Part shown: positions 9,558 to 18,417 of the stretch, piece after piece
Layout: the number at the start of each line of letters is the position of its first letter
Position numbering within the stretch: the first letter of the stretch is position 1
Source: an uncultured Klebsiella sp.
Lineage (GTDB): Bacteria > Verrucomicrobiota > Verrucomicrobiia > Limisphaerales > SXTU01
DNA: 64,000 nucleotides
Reading direction: 5' to 3'
NCBI GenBank assembly: GCA_964478755.1
Contig: CAYZJP010000007.1
Coordinates: forward strand, 1,117-65,116
Translations under genes and position numbers: made by a program
The notes under the pieces: model-generated
The model's database searches: none
Seen by the model: the letters and a program-made list of their open reading frames with translations, nothing else
Told to the model about the DNA's origin: nothing

Positions 9558-9690
9558 GCCACAGATGCACACAGATGAAACACAGATAGGAATCAGGAAG
9601 GCGCGAACACACGAAGAAACTGCGTTGCTGTTCCATTCCTCTCTTCCTGATTCGTCTGCATCTGTGTTCAATCTGTGTCTCTTCTGCGGC
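9558..9690. repeat. REP-A intercistronic hairpin element, long form
   Basis: GCCACAGATGCACACAGATGAAACACAGATAGGAATCAGGAAG ... CTTCCTGATTCGTCTGCATCTGTGTTCAATCTGTGTCTCTTCTGCGGC. Lies between the stop at 9552 and the ATG at 9697. Confidence 0.85.
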
Positions 9691-9696
9691 TAAACA

Positions 9697-10092
9697 ATGA
9701 AAATCCGCCCCCGCATTGGCACCATCGGTGAGATGAAGTTCACTGTTGCGCAGGAGCACGTCATCGACTTCGCGATGGGCGGGATGCCAGCAGTCTTGAG
9801 CACGCCCCGGCTCGTGGCGCTCATTGAGCGCACCGCACGCGAGTCCCTCCATCCGTTTCTAAACAACAACGAGCGGACGGTCGGGACGGAGATTGAAATT
9901 CGCCATCTCGCGCCCACGCCGCTGGGCCAGCCCGTGACCATCACCACGCGTGTCATCGGCACGGAGGCGCGTGCGGTGGACTTCCAGTTTGAGGTTCGCG
10001 ACGCCCACGAGACCATCGCGCGGGGCCTGCACAAACGCGCAGTAATCACAGTCGAAAGCTTTGCGAAGCGTGTCGCGCGCAAGGCCGTCTGA
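9697..10092 (+). CDS. Hotdog-fold thioesterase family protein
   Basis: 131-aa ORF. The ...VLSTPRLVALIERTARESL...TVGTEIEIRHLAPTPLGQPV...FEVRDAHETIARGLHKRAVI pattern resembles FlK-like small thioesterases. Confidence 0.6.
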   Translation: MKIRPRIGTIGEMKFTVAQEHVIDFAMGGMPAVLSTPRLVALIERTARESLHPFLNNNERTVGTEIEIRHLAPTPLGQPVTITTRVIGTEARAVDFQFEVRDAHETIARGLHKRAVITVESFAKRVARKAV

Positions 10093-10106
10093 ACCACCAA
10101 GCCTAT

Positions 10107-11486
10107 ATGAACCGACGCCGATTCCTTCACCAAGGTGCACTCGCCGGAGCCGCGCTCGCCGCGTGTGGTCCAGACCTTTCCGCGCAAGTGGCCGGCGAGC
10201 GTCCGCCGCGCGCGGACGGCGTCACCGTGATCAACCCGCGCAATCGTGTTCCCGTCGGCCTCATCATTGACGACTCGACGTGCCTCGTGAATCTGAACCG
10301 CTTCGCGATGCCGCAGTTCAACGAGGCGTATCTCGGCGCGAACTCGGTGTATCAGCGCAACTGGCGCGAGTGGCCGGCGGAAATTCCCGACAGCTTCGTG
10401 CGCAAGTTCGGCGAGTGGTGCGCCGCGCAGGGCGTGAAGGGCAAATACAGCATCGTGCCGTTCCCCGCGTGCGTGGGCCGGCTCGACCGCGGGCTGCCCG
10501 GCTGGTCGCCGCGCGAGTTGGAGGACAGTCTCAAGCTCGTGCGCGAGCTGATGCTGCCGAACTGGGACATCCACCCCGAGATGGTCACGCACACGCGGGT
10601 GATTGACACGAAGACAGGGCATCCGTTTCCCGACATCACGCCGAAGTTCATGGAGAACTGGGAGTGGACCACGGGCCGCAGCGCGGATGAAATCACCGAC
10701 TATCTCGCCTACGCGCTGCGCATTTTGAAAAACGTCGGCCTGCCGTGCGAAGGCATCACCACGCCCGGCGGCTTCGGCGGCAAGGCGCGCCCGCAGTTGG
10801 CGCAGGCGAGCTTTCAATCCGTGCGCGATGTGTTCGGCGCGGAGATTCCGCATTACTTCCGCGACCTGTTTTCCGAGGGCAACCAAAGCGTCGCGCCCAT
10901 CGTGCAGAACGCGTCCGGTCTCGACGGCCCCGATCCGCGCTGCGTCGTCCACGTGCTCGGTTGCACGGGCGACTGGACTGGCGGCTGGGACTGCACGAAC
11001 CCCGGCGGAGCGGACAAGTTCATCACCGCCGACGGCCAGCGCGGGCGCATGGTGGACGTCATCACGCGAGGCGAGCCGGCCTTCATGCTCGCGCACTGGA
11101 CGGGCATTTATTTCAACGGCTACGAGGTCGGCTTCAAGATTTTCCAGGAAGTTGTGAAGCGGCTGCAAGCTCGTTTCGACAACTTGCACTGGATGAAGTT
11201 GAGCGAAGGCGCGCGCTACTGGGCCGCGAAGGAACTCACGCGCATCGAGCGCGCCGGCAACATCGTGAAGCTTCGCGCGCCCTTTGCCTGCCCGGATTTC
11301 ACGCTGCGCATCGCATCGCGGACGCAAGCGCCGCCGAAGCTCCGCGCTGGCGCGGACGCGAAGCCGCTCACCGAAGTCACCGCACCGCTGAAACTCCAAC
11401 CCGGCACCTGGTGCCGCGATGGCGACGCGACGCTTGCCTGCTTTGCGCTTGCGAAGGGCAGTTCACAGCTTGAACTCACGAACTGA
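10107..11486 (+). CDS. Exported hypothetical protein with twin-arginine signal
   Basis: 459-aa ORF starting MNRRRFLHQGALAGAALAAC (Tat-type signal). I recognised no catalytic motif. Its position in the sugar island suggests a carbohydrate-active role, which is inference only. Confidence 0.7.
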   Translation: MNRRRFLHQGALAGAALAACGPDLSAQVAGERPPRADGVTVINPRNRVPVGLIIDDSTCLVNLNRFAMPQFNEAYLGANSVYQRNWREWPAEIPDSFVRKFGEWCAAQGVKGKYSIVPFPACVGRLDRGLPGWSPRELEDSLKLVRELMLPNWDIHPEMVTHTRVIDTKTGHPFPDITPKFMENWEWTTGRSADEITDYLAYALRILKNVGLPCEGITTPGGFGGKARPQLAQASFQSVRDVFGAEIPHYFRDLFSEGNQSVAPIVQNASGLDGPDPRCVVHVLGCTGDWTGGWDCTNPGGADKFITADGQRGRMVDVITRGEPAFMLAHWTGIYFNGYEVGFKIFQEVVKRLQARFDNLHWMKLSEGARYWAAKELTRIERAGNIVKLRAPFACPDFTLRIASRTQAPPKLRAGADAKPLTEVTAPLKLQPGTWCRDGDATLACFALAKGSSQLELTN

Positions 11487-11492
11487 TTTTGA

Positions 11493-11620
11493 GCCACGGA
11501 TGAAACACGGATTGAACACAGATAAGAATCAGGAAGGCAGGAACACAGGAAACGCCAGAGCTGCCCTTTTCCTGCCGTCCTGCTTTTCTGATAATCCTTC
11601 ATCTGTGTTCCATCTTTGGC
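11493..11620. repeat. REP-A intercistronic hairpin element, long form
   Basis: GCCACGGATGAAACACGGATTGAACACAGATAAGAATCAGGAAGG ... TTTTCTGATAATCCTTCATCTGTGTTCCATCTTTGGC. Lies between the stop at 11486 and the ATG at 11630. Confidence 0.85.
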
Positions 11621-11629
11621 TAAAGCAAA

Positions 11630-12562
11630 ATGCAAACCCGACCTCTTGGTAAGACCGGTCTCCAGCTCCCAATCCTCAGCTTCGGCGCGTCCTCGCTCGG
11701 CGCGGAATTCCGCAGCGTGAAACTCGACGAGGCGCTCGCCAGCGTCCGTGTCGCGCTCGATTGCGGACTCAACTTCATTGACACCTCGCCGTTCTACGGG
11801 CGCGGCATGAGCGAGGTGCTGCTGGGCATCGCGCTCAAGGGCGTGCCGCACGACCGCTACACGCTCTGCACCAAGCTCGGCCGCTACGACCTTCAGCATT
11901 TTGATTTCAGCGCCAAGCGCGTCGCCGAGAGCGTGGACGTGAGCCTGCACCGGCTCGGCACCGACCACCTCGACATCATTCTTTGCCACGACATCGAGTT
12001 CGTGCCGATGCAGCAGATCGTGGATGAAACCCTTCCCGCGCTGCGGAAGATTCAGCAGTCGGGCAAGGTCCGCTTCATCGGCTTCAGCGGCTATCCGATG
12101 AAGATTTTCAAATTCATCCTCGACCAGACCAGCGTGGACTGCGTGCTCTCCTACAACCAATACACGCTCCAAAACACGCGCTTCGCCGACGAGACGATTC
12201 CGTATCTCAAGGCGAAGGGCGTCGGAGTGATTAGCGCCGGCCCGTTCAGCGCGCGCCTGCTCACCAACGCGTCGCTGCCCGCGTGGCTCAAGGAACCCGA
12301 GAGCGTGAAGTCCGCCGCCCGCGCCGCCGCCGCGCACTGCGCGAAGAAGGGCGTGGACATTGCCAAGCTCGCGCTGCAGTTCAGCCTCGCGAATCCCGAC
12401 ATCGCCACGACCGTGAGCGGCAGCGCGAACCCGAACAACATCCGCAACTGGGCCAAGTGGGCCGCCGAGCCGGTTGACCAGCAGTTGCTCGCTGAAGTTT
12501 TGGAAATCTTCAAGCCCGTGAAAAATCTTGGGCACAAGGAAGGATTGCCGGAAAACAACTGA
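11630..12562 (+). CDS. Aldo/keto reductase
   Basis: 310-aa ORF: MQTRPLGKTGLQLPILSFGASSLG..., FIDTSPFYGRGMSE, LDIILCHDIEF. Classic AKR pattern. Confidence 0.85.
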   Translation: MQTRPLGKTGLQLPILSFGASSLGAEFRSVKLDEALASVRVALDCGLNFIDTSPFYGRGMSEVLLGIALKGVPHDRYTLCTKLGRYDLQHFDFSAKRVAESVDVSLHRLGTDHLDIILCHDIEFVPMQQIVDETLPALRKIQQSGKVRFIGFSGYPMKIFKFILDQTSVDCVLSYNQYTLQNTRFADETIPYLKAKGVGVISAGPFSARLLTNASLPAWLKEPESVKSAARAAAAHCAKKGVDIAKLALQFSLANPDIATTVSGSANPNNIRNWAKWAAEPVDQQLLAEVLEIFKPVKNLGHKEGLPENN

Positions 12563-12568
12563 ACCATC

Positions 12569-13555
12569 ATGCGTCACTTCATTCTCCTCATTGCTCTTGC
12601 CTCCGCGCTTCTCGCGCAGGAGCCACCCAGGCTCGCCGCGCCTGTCTTGCGGCGCGATGCCGTCGGCACCGTCACGCTCACCTGTGTCACACCCGGCACC
12701 GTCATTCGCTACTCGATTGATGGATCCGATCCGGGGCCGAAGGGTGGGCCGTATCTCGCGCCCATCGTTCTCCCCACTGGCGGCACGGTGAAGGCGCGCG
12801 CCTACACCGAGGACCGCAAGGTGAAGAGCGAACTCACCGAGGCGAAGTTTGACGCCGTGCCCGGCGCAAAACCGCTGCCATCCACGCTCGTCCCCTGCAC
12901 GCAGGATCGCGACTGGCCGGTTTATGATTGGGCCAAGCGTCACGCCGCCGTCACGAAGATCGCGGCGGAGCGCAAGGCGTCGCTCGTGTTCATCGGTGAT
13001 TCCATCACGCAGATGTTCGGTGGCGAGCCGCACGATCGCGGTCAGCCGGGCAAGGACGTTTGGGAGAAGTATTACGGCAAGCGGAATGTCGCGAACCTCG
13101 GCTTCGGCTACGACTACTTGGAGAACACTCTCTGGCGTTTGCGCCACGGCGAACTCGACGGCGCGAAGGCCAAGGTCGTCGTCATGCACATTGGCACGAA
13201 CAACGCCGGCAAGAACACGCCCGAAGACATCGCCACCGGCGTGCGCGCACTGCTCGACGAGATTCAGCAGCGCCAGCCACAAGCGCACGTCATCCTCATG
13301 GCCATCTTCCCGCGCGGGCCGAAACCCGACGGGATGCGTGCGAAGCTCGACACGACGAACAAACTCCTCGCCCAACTCGACGGTCGGGGCGGCGTGACCT
13401 TCCTCGACATCGGCGCGAAGTTCCTCCAGCCCGACGGCACCATCACCCGCGAGATCATGGGCGACTTCCTGCATCCGACGGCGAAGGGCTACGAGTTATG
13501 GGCCGAGGCGTTGGAGCCGTTGCTGGTGAAACTTCTCGGCGAGGCAAAGCCATGA
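12569..13555 (+). CDS. Secreted SGNH/GDSL-type esterase with an N-terminal Ig-like (chitobiase/FN3-associated) module
   Basis: 328-aa ORF. Signal peptide, then an VTLTCVTPGTVIRYSIDGSDP module, then SGNH blocks FIGDSITQMF, GFGYD, HIGTNN and DFLHPT. Confidence 0.75.
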   Translation: MRHFILLIALASALLAQEPPRLAAPVLRRDAVGTVTLTCVTPGTVIRYSIDGSDPGPKGGPYLAPIVLPTGGTVKARAYTEDRKVKSELTEAKFDAVPGAKPLPSTLVPCTQDRDWPVYDWAKRHAAVTKIAAERKASLVFIGDSITQMFGGEPHDRGQPGKDVWEKYYGKRNVANLGFGYDYLENTLWRLRHGELDGAKAKVVVMHIGTNNAGKNTPEDIATGVRALLDEIQQRQPQAHVILMAIFPRGPKPDGMRAKLDTTNKLLAQLDGRGGVTFLDIGAKFLQPDGTITREIMGDFLHPTAKGYELWAEALEPLLVKLLGEAKP

Positions 13556-14565
13556 AAACTCTGAGTCTGTTTCTAGTGATTGCCAGCACGGTGCTCGTGC
13601 ATGCGGAGCCGAATTGGAGCAGCTTGGCCAAAAAGTCCGACGAATGGTTCCGCGGTGAGGAGGGCGAACGCATCGTGACGAATGTCCTCTCGTGGCAGTC
13701 CGACGTGGGAAGCTGGCCGAAGAACATGGACGCGACGGCGAGCGCCTTCTCCGGCGACACGAAGACAATCAAGGGCACGTTCGACAACAGCGCGACGACT
13801 GGTGAATTGCGTTTTCTCGCGCGGGCATTTCACGCAACGAGCGACGCGCGCTGCGAGGCTGCGTTTCTCAAAGGCTGCGACCACATTCTCAAGGCGCAGT
13901 ATCCGACCGGTGGCTGGCCGCAGTTTTATCCGCCGAGCACGCAGTATCATCGGCACATCACGTTCAACGACGACGCGATGGTGCGACTGCTGGAGTTCCT
14001 GCGCGAGGTCGCGACGGTCAAGGACTACGAGTTCGCGGGCGCGGCGCGGCGGACGGCAATGCGGACGAGTTTCGACCGTGGCATCACGTGCATCCTCAAG
14101 TGCCAGGTCATCGTGAATGGCAAGCCGACGGTCTGGTGCGCGCAGCATGACGAGCTGGACTTGAAGCCGCGGATGGGCCGTGCGTATGAGTTGGTGTCGT
14201 TGAGCGGCAGCGAGAGCGCGAGGGTTTTGCGGCTGTTGATGAGTCTGGAAAATCCCTCGCCCGAAGTGCGTCGCGCCGTGAAAGCGGGAGCAGAATGGTT
14301 CGAGGCGGCGAAGCTCACCGGTATCCGGCAGACTCGCGTGGACGGCGACAAGCGCATCGTGAATGACGCCGCCGCACCACCGCTTTGGGCGCGCTTCTAC
14401 GAAATCGAAACGAACCACCTCATCTTCTCCGGCCGCGACAGTGTGAAGAAATACGACATCGCGGAAATCGAAGCCGAACGCCGCAACGGCTATGCGTGGT
14501 ATGGCTCATGGGGTGAACGCGTCGCGAGCGATTACGCGAAGTGGCGGGAGAAGTGGGAAAAGTAA
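13552..14565 (+). CDS. Pectate lyase, PelA/Pel-15E (PL10)-like
   Basis: Track ORF is 13060..14565. I trimmed it to ATG 13552, which forms an ATGA overlap with the upstream stop and precedes the signal peptide MKTLSLFLVIASTVLVHA. LSWQSDVGSWPKN, YPTGGWPQFYP and ITFNDDAM match my memory of the PL10 family. Confidence 0.65.
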   Translation: MKTLSLFLVIASTVLVHAEPNWSSLAKKSDEWFRGEEGERIVTNVLSWQSDVGSWPKNMDATASAFSGDTKTIKGTFDNSATTGELRFLARAFHATSDARCEAAFLKGCDHILKAQYPTGGWPQFYPPSTQYHRHITFNDDAMVRLLEFLREVATVKDYEFAGAARRTAMRTSFDRGITCILKCQVIVNGKPTVWCAQHDELDLKPRMGRAYELVSLSGSESARVLRLLMSLENPSPEVRRAVKAGAEWFEAAKLTGIRQTRVDGDKRIVNDAAAPPLWARFYEIETNHLIFSGRDSVKKYDIAEIEAERRNGYAWYGSWGERVASDYAKWREKWEK

Positions 14566-14630
14566 ATGGCTGGCCCAAGGCCAAGGAATGGTTGCCGGAA
14601 AGCTCTGAAGCCGGGATTCTCCGGCCCATC

Positions 14631-17600
14631 ATGAATCTGCGACGCCTGACTCTCCTGTTGTTCACTCTTTGCGTTGCTGGTGCATCCGCCGCGCCGGTTT
14701 CGCTCTTCGATGGCAAGACTTTGGTCGGATGGGAAGGCGACACCAACAAGGTTTGGCGGGTGCGCGACGGGACAATTGTCGGCGGTTCGTTGGAGGGAAA
14801 TCCGCGCAATGAATTCCTCGCCACGCTGAAGAGCTACAAAAACTTTCACCTGCGGCTCGAATACAAACTGGTCGGCACGTCGGGCTTCGTGAACAGCGGC
14901 GTGCAGTTCCGCAGCAAACGCATCGCGACGCCGCCGAATGAAATGTCCGGCTTCCAGGCGGACATCGGCGCGGGCTTCTCGGGCTGTCTCTACGACGAGT
15001 CGCGCCGCCGCAAAGTGCTCGCGCAGGCGGACACGAACTTCGTCGCGCGCATCGAGAAGATCGGCGATTGGAACACTTACGAGATCGTCGCGAGCGGGCC
15101 GCAGATTCTGCTTTTCCTCAACGGCCAGCGCACGGCGATCTGGGTCGAACGCGAGGCGGGCATTGACGAAACCGGCGTCATCGCGCTGCAAATCCACGGC
15201 AACTGCAAGGCCGAGGTGGCGTTCCGCAACCTCAGCATTGAAGTGCTGCCGGACTCGGCGGTGCCGGGCGAGGCGGAAGTGCTCAGTCGCTTCGGCAGCG
15301 CGCAGCCGGGCGCGCCAGTCGGGGCGTTCAGCGAGGGGAAGTTCGCGCTGGGGACGAATGAGGTCGTCGTGTTCGTGGGTCAGGAAAATTTCGTCCGCGA
15401 TGCGAAGGCGGGCGAAATCGAAGCGCTGCTGGCGAAAGAGTTCTCGGCCAGGAATCCGCGCTTCCGCTCGATGGCGTGGGAGGCGGACACGGTTTACGAG
15501 CAGTGGCGTGACCTGAATTTCGGTTCGTGGAAAGCGCAGCTCGAAACGGCGGGCGCGACCGTCATCATCACGCAGTTCGGCCAGATGGAGGCGCTGGATG
15601 GCGTCGCGCGATTGCCCGAGTTCACTGCCGCGTATCACCGGCTCCTCGATCAATTCGCCGCCCGCACGCGCAAGGTCGTGCTGGTTTCGCCGATGCCGTT
15701 CGAGAAACCGCTCGCGTCGCACGCGCCGGACTTGACCAAGCGAAACAGTGACGTTGCGGCTTATGCGAACGCGGTGCGGGCGATCGCGAAGCAGCGGGGC
15801 GCGGTCTTCGTGGACGTTTTCGCGCCAGTCACAAAGCGTGGTTCCGGCGCAACACGGCTCACGGAGGACGGGATCCATTTGACCGAGTCCGGCTTGGGTG
15901 AGGTTGCCGCCATCACGGCGCGGCAGCTTGGCGTGGAGCCGAAGTTATCCGCCGAACTGGATCCGCTCCGCGCCGCCATCGTGCAGAAGAACCAACTGTG
16001 GTTCGACGCGTGGCGCCCCGCGAACTGGTCGTTCGTCTATGGCGACCGCGTGAACCAGATGTTCGGCAAGGCCGGCGGCACCGAGCCGTCGCTCAAAGGC
16101 GCGTTCGAGCGGCACCGTCCGCTGGTGGACGCGGCGGACGTGGAGATTCACGTGCTCGCGCGCGGCGGAGCGCCGGTTTCCAAACCGGCACAGTCCGTGC
16201 CGCCGATCAAGTCTCGTGCCGATTTGGAAATCGGCGCTCCGGTCCTTTCTCCCGAGGAAGAGCTGGCCACCTTCACCGTCGCGGACGGTTACGAAATCAA
16301 CTTGTTCGCCTCCGAGCGCGACGGCGTGGTGAAGCCAACGCAAATTGCGTGGGACGAGAAAGGCCGCCTGCTCGTCGCGTGCTCACCGACGTATCCGCAG
16401 ACGCAGGCCAGCGCGAAACGCGCGGACTACATTCAAGTGCTCGAAGACACGCGCGGCGCGGGCCAGGCCGACAAGTCGTGGCGCTTCGCCGAGGGCCTCC
16501 CGATGGTGCAGGGCCCCGACCCCGGCGCGGGCGGCGTGTATGTCTGCGACTTTGATCAGCTCGTTCACCTGCGCGACACCGATGGCGACGGCAAAGCCGA
16601 TGTGCGTCGCGTCCTCTTTAGCGGCTTCGGCATCGGCGACACGCACCAACTCATCAACAGCATTTGCCACGGGTCAGACGGCAGCCTGTGGTTCTCGCAA
16701 GGCTTGCACGCGTTCTCGCGCGTCGAGTCGCCGTGGGGCATCGCGCGCCTTGATCGCGCGGCGGTGTGGCGTTTGAATCCGCGCACGCTGCGTCTCGAAG
16801 GCTTCTTCGGCGGCGGCATGGCGGGCGCGAATTGCTGGGGCATTGCCTTCGATGACTTCAACCAGGTTTTCCACAAGTCCGGCGACCGTCCGCACGGCTA
16901 CTGGACCGTGCCCGGCATGGTGCGCGGCGCGAGTCCCAGCGGCAGCAGCTCGGCGACTTCGGCGGACACGGCGTATCGCAATTCGCCCGAGCAATATCAT
17001 TCCGTCGGACCGCTGTTCGACACGTCGCCGAAGACGACGGCGATTGAATTCATCGGCACGCGCGCGTTGCCGGATGACATTCAGGGCTGCGCGTTGATCG
17101 GCGGCTACTTCGGCGCGGTGGTGGAACTGCATCGCTTGCAGGACGACGGCTCGGGCTTCAAGAGCACACAGTTGCCGAAACTGGTGAAGTCGTCGAACGC
17201 CGCGTTCCGCCCCGTGGACGTGAGCGTTGGCCCGGACGGCGCGATGTATCTCGCGGACTGGTTCAATCCCATCATCGGCCACTATCAAGCGAGCTACGCC
17301 GACCCGCGCCGCGACAAGGCGCACGGCCGCATCTGGCGCATCAGCGCGAAGGGCCGCGCGCCGGTGAAGCAGCCGAATCTCGCTGCGATGAAGCCCGCCG
17401 AACTGCTCGAACAACTGCGTTCACCCGAACGCTGGACGCGTTATCAGGCGAAACGGCTGCTCTTTGATTTGCCCGCGAACGACGTTTTGAAAGCTGCGGA
17501 TGAATTCGTCGCGAAGATTTCTGGCACGACGCTCGACGAGGAAAAGTTGTTGCTCGAAGTCATCGGTGTTTTTGAGGCGCATCAATCGCCGCGTCCCGCG

Positions 17601-18350
17601 CTGCTCGCGAAATTGCTGAACGCGAAAGACGCCCGTGTCCGCGCCTACGGCACGCGCGTCGTCGGCCTGTGGGCGGACAAATTGCCCGACGCCGCGAAGC
17701 TCCTCACTGACCGGGCGCATGATGAGAACGCCCGCGTGCGGCTCGAAGCCGTCGTCGCCGCGAGTTACCTGGGCAAACCGGTCGCCGCCGAGGTGATGAC
17801 CACCGCGCTGGACAAGCCGATGGACAAGTTCCTCGACTACGCGCTGCGGCAGAGCGCGCGCGCGACGCAGCCGCTATGGGCGAAGCCGTTCGCCGACGGC
17901 CAGCTCAAGCTCGCGAGCGCGACGCAGGCCGACTATTTGAAGAAGCTGCTCACCGCTGCGCCGAAGACTGCATCGCCCGGAGAGCAGCTTTACGAGATGG
18001 CCTGCCTGCCGTGCCATCAACCGGAGGGCAAAGGCTTGCCGGGGGTTTATCCGCCGCTGGCCGGCAGCGACTGGGTGCGCGGCGACAAGGCTCGCATCAT
18101 TCGCGTCGTGCTGCATGGCCTCACCGGCCCCGTGACCGTCGCGGGCCAGAACTTCGGCGGCACGCCCACGTCGGTGCCGATGCCTGCGATGGGCGGCTTG
18201 GAAGATGCGCAGCTCGCGGAGCTGCTGACCTTCGTGCGCGGCGAGTTCGGAGCCGGAGCATCGCCCGTCACGGCGAGTGAGGTGAAAACCGTGCGCGCTG
18301 CGACAACAGGACGGGAAGTGCCATGGACGGCGACGGAATTGTCCAAGTGA
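14631..18350 (+). CDS. Multidomain DUF1080 (3-keto-disaccharide-hydrolase-like) / SGNH-like / PVC dehydrogenase propeller / HEAT / cytochrome c protein (paralog 2 of 3)
   Basis: Track ORF is 14541..18350, trimmed to the Met preceding signal peptide MNLRRLTLLLFTLCVAGASA. Contains FDGKTLVGWEGDTNKVWRVRDGTIVG (DUF1080), DGIHLTESG (SGNH block V-like), FASERDGVVKPTQIAWDEKGRLLVA (propeller) and CLPCHQPEGKG (CxxCH). Carries PAL-2 in-frame at 16167-16240. Confidence 0.8.
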   Translation: MNLRRLTLLLFTLCVAGASAAPVSLFDGKTLVGWEGDTNKVWRVRDGTIVGGSLEGNPRNEFLATLKSYKNFHLRLEYKLVGTSGFVNSGVQFRSKRIATPPNEMSGFQADIGAGFSGCLYDESRRRKVLAQADTNFVARIEKIGDWNTYEIVASGPQILLFLNGQRTAIWVEREAGIDETGVIALQIHGNCKAEVAFRNLSIEVLPDSAVPGEAEVLSRFGSAQPGAPVGAFSEGKFALGTNEVVVFVGQENFVRDAKAGEIEALLAKEFSARNPRFRSMAWEADTVYEQWRDLNFGSWKAQLETAGATVIITQFGQMEALDGVARLPEFTAAYHRLLDQFAARTRKVVLVSPMPFEKPLASHAPDLTKRNSDVAAYANAVRAIAKQRGAVFVDVFAPVTKRGSGATRLTEDGIHLTESGLGEVAAITARQLGVEPKLSAELDPLRAAIVQKNQLWFDAWRPANWSFVYGDRVNQMFGKAGGTEPSLKGAFERHRPLVDAADVEIHVLARGGAPVSKPAQSVPPIKSRADLEIGAPVLSPEEELATFTVADGYEINLFASERDGVVKPTQIAWDEKGRLLVACSPTYPQTQASAKRADYIQVLEDTRGAGQADKSWRFAEGLPMVQGPDPGAGGVYVCDFDQLVHLRDTDGDGKADVRRVLFSGFGIGDTHQLINSICHGSDGSLWFSQGLHAFSRVESPWGIARLDRAAVWRLNPRTLRLEGFFGGGMAGANCWGIAFDDFNQVFHKSGDRPHGYWTVPGMVRGASPSGSSSATSADTAYRNSPEQYHSVGPLFDTSPKTTAIEFIGTRALPDDIQGCALIGGYFGAVVELHRLQDDGSGFKSTQLPKLVKSSNAAFRPVDVSVGPDGAMYLADWFNPIIGHYQASYADPRRDKAHGRIWRISAKGRAPVKQPNLAAMKPAELLEQLRSPERWTRYQAKRLLFDLPANDVLKAADEFVAKISGTTLDEEKLLLEVIGVFEAHQSPRPALLAKLLNAKDARVRAYGTRVVGLWADKLPDAAKLLTDRAHDENARVRLEAVVAASYLGKPVAAEVMTTALDKPMDKFLDYALRQSARATQPLWAKPFADGQLKLASATQADYLKKLLTAAPKTASPGEQLYEMACLPCHQPEGKGLPGVYPPLAGSDWVRGDKARIIRVVLHGLTGPVTVAGQNFGGTPTSVPMPAMGGLEDAQLAELLTFVRGEFGAGASPVTASEVKTVRAATTGREVPWTATELSK
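16167..16240. repeat. PAL-2 element in-frame in dehydrogenase/cytochrome paralog 2
   Basis: GGAGCGCCGGTTTCCAAACCGGC ... GCCGATTTGGAAATCGGCGCTCC. The left arm is identical to the reverse complement of the right arm of the pfaC copy at 48864-48935. Encodes GGAPVSKPAQSVPPIKSRADLEIGAPV. Confidence 0.8.
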
Positions 18351-18387
18351 AGGGGCGCGATGCCTTGCTCATCGCAGGGCGAGCATT

Positions 18388-18408
18388 GGGCGGGCAAGCT
18401 GCCCGCCC
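18388..18408. terminator. Hairpin between convergent genes (possible bidirectional terminator)
   Basis: GGGCGGGCA-agc-TGCCCGCCC, a perfect 9-bp GC-rich stem. Only a weak T-run follows (tgcgtttc). Lies between the gene ends at 18350 (+) and 18418 (-). Confidence 0.45.
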
Positions 18409-18417
18409 TGCGTTTCA

